Positions 16,992-26,616 of a stretch of 64,000 bases of DNA are shown here, one piece after another. Made by a program: the position numbers and the translations under genes. Under the pieces are notes generated by a model, which saw only the letters and a list, made by a program, of their open reading frames with translations, searched no databases and had not been told where the DNA came from. The stretch is from Candidatus Thorarchaeota archaeon (lineage in GTDB: Archaea > Asgardarchaeota > Thorarchaeia > Thorarchaeales > Thorarchaeaceae), in assembly GCA_004524445.1 (NCBI GenBank), contig SDNP01000014.1:9013-73012 (forward strand), read 5' to 3'. Every line of letters begins with the position of its first letter. Position 1 is the stretch's first letter.

Positions 16992-18311
16992 ATGTCAGTT
17001 ATCGAAGAAAAAGTGTTTAACAGGGATATTGGCGTCTTTGGACTTACAATGCTTGGTGTTGGCGCAACCATAGGTGCTGGTGTTTTCGTTTTGCTTGGTG
17101 ACGCAACTGCAATAACCGGACCTTCGGTCATCATTGCGTTCATTTTCAATTTCTTCCTAGCTCTAGCAATTGCTATGCATTATGGCGAGATGGCCGCTAT
17201 GTTCCCTGTTGAAGGCGGCGGGTTCTCTTTTGTTGAAGAGGCATTTGGAGGGTCTGCATACTATGTGGGTTGGCTCATCTGGATGGGAAACATGGCCTAT
17301 GCGTCTTTTAGCGCTTCGGCTTTTGCCTTGTACATGACTAGTGGTACAATCATTCCAGCACTCCCGGTTGCTGTGATAACATTCCTGATTTTCACAGCTG
17401 TGAACTTCTCAGGGATAACCAGAGTTGTTAAAGTTGAGAAGCTGGTCACCGCCCTATTGATCGGTATGCTTGTCATATTCATCTTCAGAGGGGCGATTAT
17501 AACTGACGTATCAACTTATCAAAATATGTTTCCAAATGGTGTGCTGGCACTGCTGCCTGCGACAAGCCTTGTATTTCTGTGCTACATTGGATTTGAAACG
17601 ATAACAACAATCTCTGCTGAGGTCAAAGAACCCAAGATTACTATTCCAAAGGCATTGATAGGGGCAGTTATCATATCTGGCATCCTTTACACATCTTTCG
17701 CCTTCGTCTTTGCAGGAGCTGTAAGTGTTGGAGACATATCAAATCCAGAGACTGCTCTACTTCAGTTCTTCGCAACTGACATCATGAGAGAGCTGCTCCT
17801 CTTTGCGGCTGCTCTTGCAACGCTTTCGACCTTGAACATAGCGCTCATGGCAGCCTCTAGGAACGCCTATGCCCTCGCACGAGATAGCTTCTTGCCAAAG
17901 ACGTTTTCCAAGGTGTCGAAGAAGGATGTGCCAATTAATGCCATCATTCTCACCGCAGTCATCTGTTTGGTTCTCATTTTGTCTGAAGGTGCTACAGCAA
18001 TCGCAGAGCTCTCGAACTTCGCTTATATGCTGGTGGTTTCGATGGTGTGCCTATCAGTCTTAGCGCTTAGAAAGAGATGTGCCGACAGAGAGAGAGCCTA
18101 CGCGGTTCCGCTGTTTCCCTATATCACATACTTTGGGATAATCACACCATTAATCCTCATACCATTCCTTGGCACACATGCGTTGCTCATTGGCGCCGGA
18201 TGGCTCATAATCGGGTTCCTTTTCTATAACATCTGGAGATCCCAAGCATTTCGAGAATCTTGGAATAATCATATTGGAAATATCGACCCACGACTGAGAT
18301 GTGAGGAGTGA
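16992..18311 (+). CDS. APC-family amino acid permease
   Basis: GATIGAGVF, GEMAAMFPVEGG, YIGFETI and EVKEPK motifs; ~12 TM. Confidence 0.93.
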   Translation: MSVIEEKVFNRDIGVFGLTMLGVGATIGAGVFVLLGDATAITGPSVIIAFIFNFFLALAIAMHYGEMAAMFPVEGGGFSFVEEAFGGSAYYVGWLIWMGNMAYASFSASAFALYMTSGTIIPALPVAVITFLIFTAVNFSGITRVVKVEKLVTALLIGMLVIFIFRGAIITDVSTYQNMFPNGVLALLPATSLVFLCYIGFETITTISAEVKEPKITIPKALIGAVIISGILYTSFAFVFAGAVSVGDISNPETALLQFFATDIMRELLLFAAALATLSTLNIALMAASRNAYALARDSFLPKTFSKVSKKDVPINAIILTAVICLVLILSEGATAIAELSNFAYMLVVSMVCLSVLALRKRCADRERAYAVPLFPYITYFGIITPLILIPFLGTHALLIGAGWLIIGFLFYNIWRSQAFRESWNNHIGNIDPRLRCEE

Positions 18312-18521
18312 CAGAATTCCTGCTAACCGGATGGATATTGCTGCAATCTAAATGAGGGTGCTAGAGTTCGTTCAGAAACCAGATGAGGGGCAAGTTAGTA
18401 AGAATTGCAGGATGGCTATTCATGAGATATACAATTCCCTATTACGGAGAAGAATACGACTACACCTAGAATCTCCAAAGCCTCATATGGATTGAGGGAC
18501 CATACTCTGGTTTTCATAAGT

Positions 18522-18790
18522 TTAGCCGCGAGAGCCATTCGCCTTGAGTCCACATCTCTTTGCTTCGTCACGAACATGTACGACACGAGTTTCGTCCGTG
18601 TCTATTCCGATGGCCTCATCTGTGGGACCTATTCTACGCACTGCGGCAAGAAGTGTAGAGCCACCTCCTGATCCAATGTCAAGGACTCTTGAGCAGGCAG
18701 TTATGCCCATTAGAGAAACAAGTCTATTGGCAAGGAGGTCCCAGATTCTACTCCAAGTATGGAAATTGCTTCTTGAATTAGTTATCTTTT
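18522..18790 (-). pseudogene. Truncated class I methyltransferase remnant
   Basis: RVLDIGSGGG and AIGID (motifs I and II) followed by an early stop; upstream ATG at 18801 is out of frame. Confidence 0.65.
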
Positions 18791-18802
18791 CGCCTGCCCA
18801 TT

Positions 18803-20212
18803 CTAGACAACATCCTCTGTTATCTCATCCTCAGCGCGTACAATTTCTATCTTACTTTCTTTGCCCAGTTCGTTTTCCAACTCCTCTACGCTGACTCGAG
18901 GTTCTATATCCATCCTTACTAGGACGATTAAAATCCCAATGTTTATGATGAGGGTGATGAGAAGGAGAGGTAGTCCCTGCCAATTAGTGTAAATCCACCC
19001 AGCAGGTATTGGGCCCAGAGATACAAAGGCCATAACGAGGACATTTGTCAGGCTGAAGAGTTTCCCGAGATCCTGCCGAGGCAGTGATTTCTGAATATAG
19101 GTACCAAGAACCGACCACCAGAGTGTATCATTTATTGATTTCATGGCGGTTGCCAAGAATGCTAACGTAAACAATACGCCGAGTCCAGGATAAATCGAAT
19201 CAAGGAAATATCGCCAATCAGGAGGAGTGTAATAAGGAAAGAATCGCGCAATGATGAGAAGGCTGATAGAAACAGGCATGACGGAATAGACAGCGATGGT
19301 AAGTTTCCTCCCTCCGTGCTTATCGAAGAAGCGACCGAGATAGAGTGTTAGAGGGACTGAGATTATGAGCGTGATGAGGAACATGAGATTGATGTCGCCA
19401 AGCCCATACTGCAGAGTTTCATTGAGATAGTACGTATTGGCAAACTGGTAGAAGCTATCGCTCAACGCATCGATGCAAATCAGCCCCACAAACACAGGGA
19501 ATACCCGAATGAGAAGCTTGAGTCCTCTGATGTTTTCTTTCAAAAAGTGACGTATGATACCTTCGTCAGAATGCTCCCGCCTTGGTTGAGGAATGGATTC
19601 GAGGGCAAATGCCCGAATACCTGCGGCAATGAAGTAAAGAATGGCGGCTAGGAGAAGCAAGAGACGCATTACATAGACAAATCCCAGGCCTGCACCAAGA
19701 AGGATGCTGATCATATACAAGGGGAGTAGGCCTAGTGATGTGCCCAGTTGAAAGAGGCTCTGTGCCACTCCACCGAATCTTCGATCCACTTGCTGCATCT
19801 GATATGCAATGCCCGCTGTACCGGTGAATGATGCAAGCCCCATAATCAAAAGCCCTATAGCAACAAGTGCGATACCATCGGCAAATACCAGGGTGAAGTA
19901 GCCTAGTGCACTAGCAACCATTGTGAAGACGGAAAGCTTTCTTCTATCATAGTTGTCTGTCAGATACCCGGACACGAAGTTTCCTAGCAGCCTCACAGCA
20001 AGCATGGCTGAAAATAGAACCCCAATCGCAATATACGAGATTCCAATATCTCTAAAGAAGAGATTGAAGTACTGATACAGGACATTTAGTGCACTGTATA
20101 TCCAGACGGTTAGGAGGTACAGAGTCCAGTTTTTGTTTCTTGTGACCATCCAAACAGACTGAAACCAGCTGAGTTCTGATGCATGGGTATCTTGGGTCAT
20201 CTCTTGAGGCAC
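18803..20212 (-). CDS. MFS transporter
   Basis: GYLTDNYDRR and GRFFDKHGGR loop motifs; ~12 TM. Confidence 0.9.
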   Translation of the reverse strand: MPQEMTQDTHASELSWFQSVWMVTRNKNWTLYLLTVWIYSALNVLYQYFNLFFRDIGISYIAIGVLFSAMLAVRLLGNFVSGYLTDNYDRRKLSVFTMVASALGYFTLVFADGIALVAIGLLIMGLASFTGTAGIAYQMQQVDRRFGGVAQSLFQLGTSLGLLPLYMISILLGAGLGFVYVMRLLLLLAAILYFIAAGIRAFALESIPQPRREHSDEGIIRHFLKENIRGLKLLIRVFPVFVGLICIDALSDSFYQFANTYYLNETLQYGLGDINLMFLITLIISVPLTLYLGRFFDKHGGRKLTIAVYSVMPVSISLLIIARFFPYYTPPDWRYFLDSIYPGLGVLFTLAFLATAMKSINDTLWWSVLGTYIQKSLPRQDLGKLFSLTNVLVMAFVSLGPIPAGWIYTNWQGLPLLLITLIINIGILIVLVRMDIEPRVSVEELENELGKESKIEIVRAEDEITEDVV

Positions 20213-20340
20213 ATCTACACACTCGTGGCTAATACTTCAACATTCTATGAATTTGGGTAGAATTGGTTCACCAATTGAATCATATAACTGCAATTAAATG
20301 CGCCAATGTTTGTTTATAGAAAAGGTTGAGCGCGCGCAAG

Positions 20341-20796
20341 TCAGAATTCTCTGCGTTCAGCTCGCATATGGTGCCCACAATAAGGGCATTCGAAAGTCAA
20401 TGGACCGACCCAATTCAATTGCTCGTAACTGAGTTCTGAATCACAGTGTCGACATTTCTCCGGGATGTCAATTGTGGGGACAGGTCTGTAGCCCGATGTT
20501 CGAGTAGATGTATACTCATCAAAAGATGAATCGGCGACTGAAGTGATCCGAATATCTTCGGGTGTGGATCCATCATCCTTTACATACCCCCAGATTGAGC
20601 CAAAGATGCAGACTATACCGAGTGCGCCAAAGGCGAACGGAATCCAACTGAAAAGATAGGGACTAGGTCCAAAGTCAGTGGGCCATGTGGCCGCGAAATC
20701 AAGCATGAACATTCCCATTGTAAATGCCATTCCCGTCCAGATAAGACCAAAAATCACGGTTGCGATAGTTCCACCTTTACTTCCCTTTTGTGGCAT
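20341..20796 (-). CDS. Two-TM membrane protein with a C-terminal zinc ribbon
   Basis: Two TM helices, then CRHC...WVGP..CPYCG. Confidence 0.75.
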   Translation of the reverse strand: MPQKGSKGGTIATVIFGLIWTGMAFTMGMFMLDFAATWPTDFGPSPYLFSWIPFAFGALGIVCIFGSIWGYVKDDGSTPEDIRITSVADSSFDEYTSTRTSGYRPVPTIDIPEKCRHCDSELSYEQLNWVGPLTFECPYCGHHMRAERREF

Positions 20797-21250
20797 GGCA
20801 CAAACTCCTCAGGTTTCCTGAGTCGAGAAATGGTTTTATGACTTATAGGTGATTCCCTCTAATTTGGCGCTTGTTCGATTGAGCCGTAATACAGAGCACC
20901 ATGGTTGATTTGGGCGCCATATGTTTCGAACATCGAGTCAACCATTTTCGGATTATTCACTGAAGACAACCTTGTGGAGATTGACAGGATAGCGAGAAGA
21001 ATCAGAAAACAAGATTTCATTAGAGGCGTAAAGGTCATGATAGCTACACATCACAAGTATTTCACGTCAAAGAGGATTCTCTGGTTAGTTGACAGAATTC
21101 GCGAAACGGGTTATGATGTTCCAGACAGATGGAAATCATTGGGAAATAAGCCAGCTGTAAGAATCAATGAGCGTCGTTCTTTTGCTCCAAGATTTTGTTT
21201 GAGAGAGTCCTGTATGGAAAAAATGTCCAGAGGCAGGAATCCTAGGATAC

Positions 21251-22972
21251 TCATGAGCCACTGAAGTCAATCGATTCTCTTAACCAATCAGGAATTTCAA
21301 ACTCCATAACATTCTCTAATTCTATAATGTTTGAGAGAGGCGAATTTATTTTGATTCTTGCTGCGCGTTTCGAGCCCATACCAGGGATTGATTCTAACTG
21401 TGACAGGGACGCGTTATTGATTTGAAACGGATGTGGTACAACACTCACAGAGCGAGGGCCATGGTCAACCACCATGACGTCTATACGATCCAGAGGCTTG
21501 ATTCCATTGCTCATGTGACAGAGAAGAGGATATGTTCCAAGTGGCCTGTAGAGTAAGGATTTGCCTTGATATTTATCTAGGTAAACTGACTCTATCACCG
21601 TACCGCGGGGAGCCACCTTTTCGAGTATCTTAATATCAACAAGGTTTCGAACCTGTTTCTTATGTCTGAAGAATTGATTTCTCTTGACTCTTCCTTTGGT
21701 TGCATCACTAGCTCTAGTATCCTCAAAACCAATCATTTGCCTGATGTTTATTCTTCGGACAAGAAGATTCTCTTCAAGAATATCTAGGAGAAATTCTAAG
21801 TTGTGTTCTAGAGTTTGTGCACTTTCACCAGGCAGACCGTAAACTAGATTGATGCCAGGAAGCAAATGGGGTAGTGAACGACCCTCCCTCTTGGAGCCCA
21901 CTTCATTAAGTAGCCTTATTGCATCAAGAACCTGGTCTGGTGTTGCTTTGAGATTATTCTTCCTGATAACAACAGGATCAAGCGACTCGACACCAAAGGC
22001 AGCCACATCTCCAACCGTATGATACTTCATTATCTCCTTGGCGACTAATCTGCTCTCGGTGGGGTGCCGAGCTAGTGTTCCTGGATTCACGTTATCGATA
22101 TGAAGAGTTTCAATCTCCGGGGCAACCTCACGAATCTTGGAGAACAAGACAGCCACCGCCGATGGGTTGGGAGTGGGAAATTCCTCTTCGCCCATTTCAG
22201 GAGATCCATAAACAAATAGGTCAGCTTGCTTCCCGATACGGAAAGCTCTTACTCCTTGAGCATATAGAGCCTCAATTTCTCTCACAATCTGCTCAGCCGG
22301 CCTTTGATTCGGTTCACCGTATAATGGTTCTGTACAGAAACTACACCCACCTGTGAGATAGCGGGGACATCCTCGATACGTTTCGATTTCACATATTATA
22401 TGACCACGCTCAAATCCGGGTGCCTGTTTCACGACCTGCGCCCCTCTCAATATCAACTCCCCAGTATTAGCGATGGCGTCTTTCATTGTGAAGTCCGTGT
22501 CCGAAAACCTCCATCCAGAACGTGCAAGGGTGGCAATAACAAGCCCTGTATCGCCTTTCACGAGATAGTCAAAAGGAGGTGATAATTCCGCAGGACTGAC
22601 TGCAACGCGCCCTCCTTCGATACCACACCCATATTTTGCCCAAGGTCCAGCCAGCAACTTAGGTATGCCTGCCAGCACTTGGTGAGAGAAAAGTTCCTTC
22701 GTTTCTCGAACAGAGATTGGAGTACCGCCAATATACTTGCCCGGTACCACCATGCCTGCAACCAGAATCAGCATATCTGAGTTAGACCACAGTTCTATTG
22801 CATCTGCAAAGCTCTCTCGTACAGCGTCAATAGTCTGGTAGATTATATTGGTCTTCGGCGAGTGCTGCCAGATGGCTCCTGCAATGTATCGTGGGTAGGT
22901 ACTGAGATAGGGGGGTACCCCCAGACATGTTGGTTCATCCACATATCCATCCACGATTACAACTCTTTGCAG
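21251..22972 (-). CDS. Radical SAM protein with C-terminal TRAM-like and helix-hairpin-helix domains; probable CTG start at 22972
   Basis: DGYVDEP N-terminus, ETYRGCPR....GCSFC, INNASLSQLESIPGMGSKRA (HhH). Confidence 0.85.
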   Translation of the reverse strand: MQRVVIVDGYVDEPTCLGVPPYLSTYPRYIAGAIWQHSPKTNIIYQTIDAVRESFADAIELWSNSDMLILVAGMVVPGKYIGGTPISVRETKELFSHQVLAGIPKLLAGPWAKYGCGIEGGRVAVSPAELSPPFDYLVKGDTGLVIATLARSGWRFSDTDFTMKDAIANTGELILRGAQVVKQAPGFERGHIICEIETYRGCPRYLTGGCSFCTEPLYGEPNQRPAEQIVREIEALYAQGVRAFRIGKQADLFVYGSPEMGEEEFPTPNPSAVAVLFSKIREVAPEIETLHIDNVNPGTLARHPTESRLVAKEIMKYHTVGDVAAFGVESLDPVVIRKNNLKATPDQVLDAIRLLNEVGSKREGRSLPHLLPGINLVYGLPGESAQTLEHNLEFLLDILEENLLVRRINIRQMIGFEDTRASDATKGRVKRNQFFRHKKQVRNLVDIKILEKVAPRGTVIESVYLDKYQGKSLLYRPLGTYPLLCHMSNGIKPLDRIDVMVVDHGPRSVSVVPHPFQINNASLSQLESIPGMGSKRAARIKINSPLSNIIELENVMEFEIPDWLRESIDFSGS

Positions 22973-23965
22973 CTAAGTCCACTCCCTAAAGGTATCGTAA
23001 CCCAAAAATCCAATCTCGTGGCTTCTGTCGCCATCGTTCCATTCCACAGGACCTTCAGGGGTTATTTTCCCGATAGCATGTAATGGTATGTTCAGTTTTC
23101 TAGCGTTGGTTCTAGCAGTCTCCCATTTGCCGGATGGAACCGTTAGAACTACGATAAACTCCTCACCACCGCCCATTATCAGCTCAATTATATCTAGGTC
23201 GTTTTCCTCGGCAACTTCCGTTATGCCAGAGGCAATTGGCAGGTTGTCTATCACAATGCCCTTCCCGTTGAGTTCTGCCATTGTGTTCAGTGTTATCCCA
23301 AGACCATCACTACTATCCATAGCTGATGTGACCGCCCCTTTCTCAGCAAGCGCTTTGACTATTCCAAATGGAATCGATGGTTTGTATACTGCTTGAAGTG
23401 CTCTTCTTTGAAGGGCATCGGGAACATCGAGCCCTTCAAGTAGAATCTTGAAGCCTATTGATGTCAAGCCGAACTTGCCGGTCACAGCGACTATGTTGCC
23501 TGTAGTCGCTCCCCGACGTGTAATAATATCATCTGGGCTTGCAAAACCAAAAGCGACACCCGTTAGAATGACACTATTGGTTGCTCCCAAATCACCTCCC
23601 AAGAATGGGATTTTGTGCTTTAGACCGTATTGAGAGAACCCACGAATAATTTCTGAAGCGTCCTCTGTCTGATAGTCTTCAGGAACACACATGGATAGCA
23701 GTGTTGACTGTGGTTGGACACCCTTCGCAACTAAATCGCTTAAGGTCATTACTGCTGTCTTCCGACCCACTTGAGCTGGAGTCATATTAGGAAGCCAATC
23801 GGTATCACCGACGAAGGTGTCCACATTCAGAACCAGATTCTTTCCTTCATGTATAGGAAAGTCTGAGGCATCATCATCAAATCCCAGTTTCGTTCCAGGG
23901 ACCTGATTTATCATATGACTGATACTCTTGAGAAAAGGACGTTCTCCAAGCTCTTTAGTCTTCAT
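22973..23965 (-). CDS. thiL: Thiamine-monophosphate kinase
   Basis: LGE, DDA, SDLVAKG, GGD, MDSSDGL and GGEEF motifs. Confidence 0.93.
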   Translation of the reverse strand: MKTKELGERPFLKSISHMINQVPGTKLGFDDDASDFPIHEGKNLVLNVDTFVGDTDWLPNMTPAQVGRKTAVMTLSDLVAKGVQPQSTLLSMCVPEDYQTEDASEIIRGFSQYGLKHKIPFLGGDLGATNSVILTGVAFGFASPDDIITRRGATTGNIVAVTGKFGLTSIGFKILLEGLDVPDALQRRALQAVYKPSIPFGIVKALAEKGAVTSAMDSSDGLGITLNTMAELNGKGIVIDNLPIASGITEVAEENDLDIIELIMGGGEEFIVVLTVPSGKWETARTNARKLNIPLHAIGKITPEGPVEWNDGDRSHEIGFLGYDTFREWT

Positions 23966-24080
23966 TCTACGGCCTCTCTACTTGTTGAATTTCCAACTCT
24001 GTTAAGTGTTTATTCAAACACGAAATACTAACCGCACGTATATGTTTATTAGAGAAATCTGAGGCATCAGCCCTAGTTTT

Positions 24081-24186
24081 GCCTCGGTGGCTAAGTGGCT
24101 AAGGCGTCTGCCTCGTAAGCAGAAAAACACGGGTTGCTTGCCAGCCCATGGTCGAATCGCGGGTTCAAATCCCGCCCGGGGCTCCA
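24081..24186 (+). tRNA. tRNA-Thr(CGT) with a ~30-nt insertion/intron in the variable loop (~24127-24156)
   Basis: Acceptor GCCTCGG/CCGGGGC plus TCCA; anticodon arm TCTGC-CT-CGT-AA-GCAGA; T-arm GCGGG-TTCAAAT-CCCGC; 35 nt in place of a 5-nt variable loop. Confidence 0.88.
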
Positions 24187-24287
24187 TTCTCAATTACAAT
24201 CCGTTGATTGACTGTATTTTATTGTGCAGATTCCCAAGAGATTATATGAGTACTTTGGTAAATGGAATATCCGAGAGGTGAGAGTTA

Positions 24288-24374
24288 ATGAGTGAAAAAC
24301 AGTCTAAGAAAGAAAAAGAGCAGAGAAAACGAAAACTGCCACCATTTGAATGGTTCGTCGCCGCAACAAGATAA
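24288..24374 (+). CDS. Candidate 28-aa basic small protein
   Basis: MSEKQSKKEKEQRKRKLPPFEWFVAATR; strong GAGGTGA SD upstream; hairpin downstream. Confidence 0.45.
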   Translation: MSEKQSKKEKEQRKRKLPPFEWFVAATR

Positions 24375-24545
24375 CAGTTCTGTGGCAATGACAGCCATCT
24401 TGTGGCAGACGGGTGTATTCCCGACTCTGCTTCTATAGTATAATGCTTGTTTAAAATTCGTGCTACTTTTGATTATCACTGCTGTCCCGAAAAGGTAAAA
24501 AGAGTCACTTGTTCCGCTACCCCTGCGACCCAATAGCTTGCAAAT

Positions 24546-24665
24546 GCGGAGGTTGCCAAGCCAGGCCAAAGGCGCTAGGTTGAGGGCCTAGTCCTGTAGG
24601 GGTTCGCGAGACTCCGAGGACGTCACAGACTCGGGGCGTGAATTCAAATCTCGCCCTCCGCACCA
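24546..24665 (+). tRNA. tRNA-Leu(GAG) with a 32-nt non-canonical intron at 53/54 (24611-24642)
   Basis: Acceptor GCGGAGG/CCTCCGC plus ACCA; CTAGG-TT-GAG-GG-CCTAG; long variable arm; bulge-helix motif AG|A, CGCG/CGTG, AA|T. Confidence 0.92.
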
Positions 24666-24756
24666 TCTCTTGTTATATTATTGCTTTACTGGTACAACGC
24701 TTACCTGGACATAATAGATTATTATGTAGTATGTCAGAGATTGATTGTATTAGTTA

Positions 24757-25269
24757 ATGGATGCGATAACCCTGCGAGTGTTTGCCGTTTCCGGATTTTC
24801 TGGCACTGGGAAGACATCGTTGATTGAGGACCTGATTAAGGAGCTTAAGTCGCGAGGTTACTCAGTTTCGGTGGTAAAAAGTTCGAGAGAGGACATTGAA
24901 CCTCCAAAGGGTACAGATACATATCGACACCTCACAGCATCAGCGAGTCCCGTTGTCCTTCTCGGACCAAATACCACAACTATCAGATATCAGCACAGAT
25001 TGAATTCAGGGGCGATATTCTCGCAAGTTGATGCAGACATAGTTTTGCTAGAAGGCTTCAAATCAGCTCTTATTCCGCGCGTGTTCTGCGTGGGCAAACG
25101 CGGCCTCAATGAAGACACTATCCCAGAACAAACACATGCCATAGTAACTTGGAATAGGACAGATATGAAAAAACATAGTGAAATTCCAATCCTCTATACA
25201 AGAGAGACTGACAGGATCGCGGATTTAATCCTACAGAATGCGGTCCAACCGAATCAAGTAGATTTCTAA
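24757..25269 (+). CDS. mobB: Molybdopterin-guanine dinucleotide biosynthesis protein B
   Basis: GFSGTGKTSLIE P-loop, GTDTYRH, DIVLLEGFK. Confidence 0.9.
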   Translation: MDAITLRVFAVSGFSGTGKTSLIEDLIKELKSRGYSVSVVKSSREDIEPPKGTDTYRHLTASASPVVLLGPNTTTIRYQHRLNSGAIFSQVDADIVLLEGFKSALIPRVFCVGKRGLNEDTIPEQTHAIVTWNRTDMKKHSEIPILYTRETDRIADLILQNAVQPNQVDF

Positions 25270-25294
25270 TGTGTTCTGGGAAATACTAAGGGTG

Positions 25295-25430
25295 GGTCGA
25301 ATTGGGAGATAGGTTGACTAGAAGGTGGACCCGCCCAAAGACGGGAGGGAGGCAGGTTTAAGGCAAGAGGGGCGGGTCCGTTTTGTGGAAGCCTTGTGGG
25401 AGGCGTGAGTCAGGACATTGGCATCCACGG
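25295..25430. ncRNA. Candidate structured small RNA: three hairpins with GGGAG-containing loops
   Basis: Stems GTCGA/TTGAC, GGACCCGCCC/GGGCGGGTCC (perfect 10 bp) and GTGGA.GCC/GGC.TCCAC. Confidence 0.4.
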
Positions 25431-25623
25431 TTGTTTTTGTTCAATCATTATTTGGTACTGACCGTCCCATTTAAGAAGCACATACAAAGAGTTGCTGTTT
25501 TCACTGATACTTTTCAGGCAAATTACCATCCGTGTTGGTTGAATATATATCCGAAATAGAAGAATAACAAGATATTAAGGCAATATGTAGGGCCTTGAAA
25601 TCACAAGAGCAGGATGATTTGTT

Positions 25624-26616
25624 ATGTTAACCGCCAAAATCGGAATAATTGGGATTGGCAACATGGGCCGGATTCATGCGCGAATACTGAGTAGTCTTGA
25701 TTCTCTTGCAGGTGTAACGGATATAGACTTTGAAAATGCAAAGACAGTCGCAGAGAATTACGATGTGATGGCATACGAGGATTATAATCACATGCTTGAT
25801 GAGCTAGCGCTTGACGGGGTGATAGTTTCCACCCCTACTTCAACTCATGCAGACATAGCTACTGAAGTTGTGAACAATCATAACCTGAAGGGGATAATGA
25901 TTGAGAAACCCTTGGCTAGTACTCTTATCGAAGGAGAGCAATTAATGAAATCCATCAGGAAGAAGGGGATGGGAGGAGTTGTTTGCCATTCTGAAATATA
26001 CAATCCAGTTGTTGATCGTGCCTTGGCAATGATTGGAGAAGGCGCCATTGGAGAAACCAAAGTGGCAATTCACGATCGTCGAGGATTTGTGCACCCGTCA
26101 AGGATTCCATCGCTAGGCGACGTATTCGAGGACTTGGGAGTACATGATTTCGATATTATGGCAAGGATGAACACGGGTCCTGCAAAAGTCTATGCACAAG
26201 GCAATCTAAGCGAGGGGGTATACAATTCAGGAACGGTCCTAGTGAAATTCAAGGATGGCGTACAGCATTCATTTCATCTCTCTAGAGAATACGCGGGCAG
26301 AAGCCGATCTATGGATGTTTCTGGAACGAAGGGAGCATTGGTGTTAGATTTATTGGGCCAAATAATCAAGGTGAAGGACTTGGATCAAGAACCTTCGGCA
26401 GGCGATAGAACAATAAGATTGCCAGAGCGCGGTGCCACCATCAAGGTGTATGGAGAGCCAATTCTTGAAGCAATCAAAGATTTCATTCGTGTCATAAAGA
26501 CAGGTTCGGAACCGATTGTAGGTTTAGAAGATGGGATTAATGCCCTTAGAGTAGTTGAGGCGGCACGAGAAAGTGCTAAGACTGGCGATGTGATTGACCT
26601 CAAGATACACGGCTAG
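25624..26616 (+). CDS. Gfo/Idh/MocA family oxidoreductase
   Basis: GIIGIGNMG, STPTSTH, EKPLA and DLGVHDFD motifs. Confidence 0.92.
   Translation: MLTAKIGIIGIGNMGRIHARILSSLDSLAGVTDIDFENAKTVAENYDVMAYEDYNHMLDELALDGVIVSTPTSTHADIATEVVNNHNLKGIMIEKPLASTLIEGEQLMKSIRKKGMGGVVCHSEIYNPVVDRALAMIGEGAIGETKVAIHDRRGFVHPSRIPSLGDVFEDLGVHDFDIMARMNTGPAKVYAQGNLSEGVYNSGTVLVKFKDGVQHSFHLSREYAGRSRSMDVSGTKGALVLDLLGQIIKVKDLDQEPSAGDRTIRLPERGATIKVYGEPILEAIKDFIRVIKTGSEPIVGLEDGINALRVVEAARESAKTGDVIDLKIHG

Noticed and set aside
24087-24569. ORFs 24087-24281 (+) and 24285-24569 (-)
   Set aside because: They overlap the tRNA-Thr and tRNA-Leu genes; spurious
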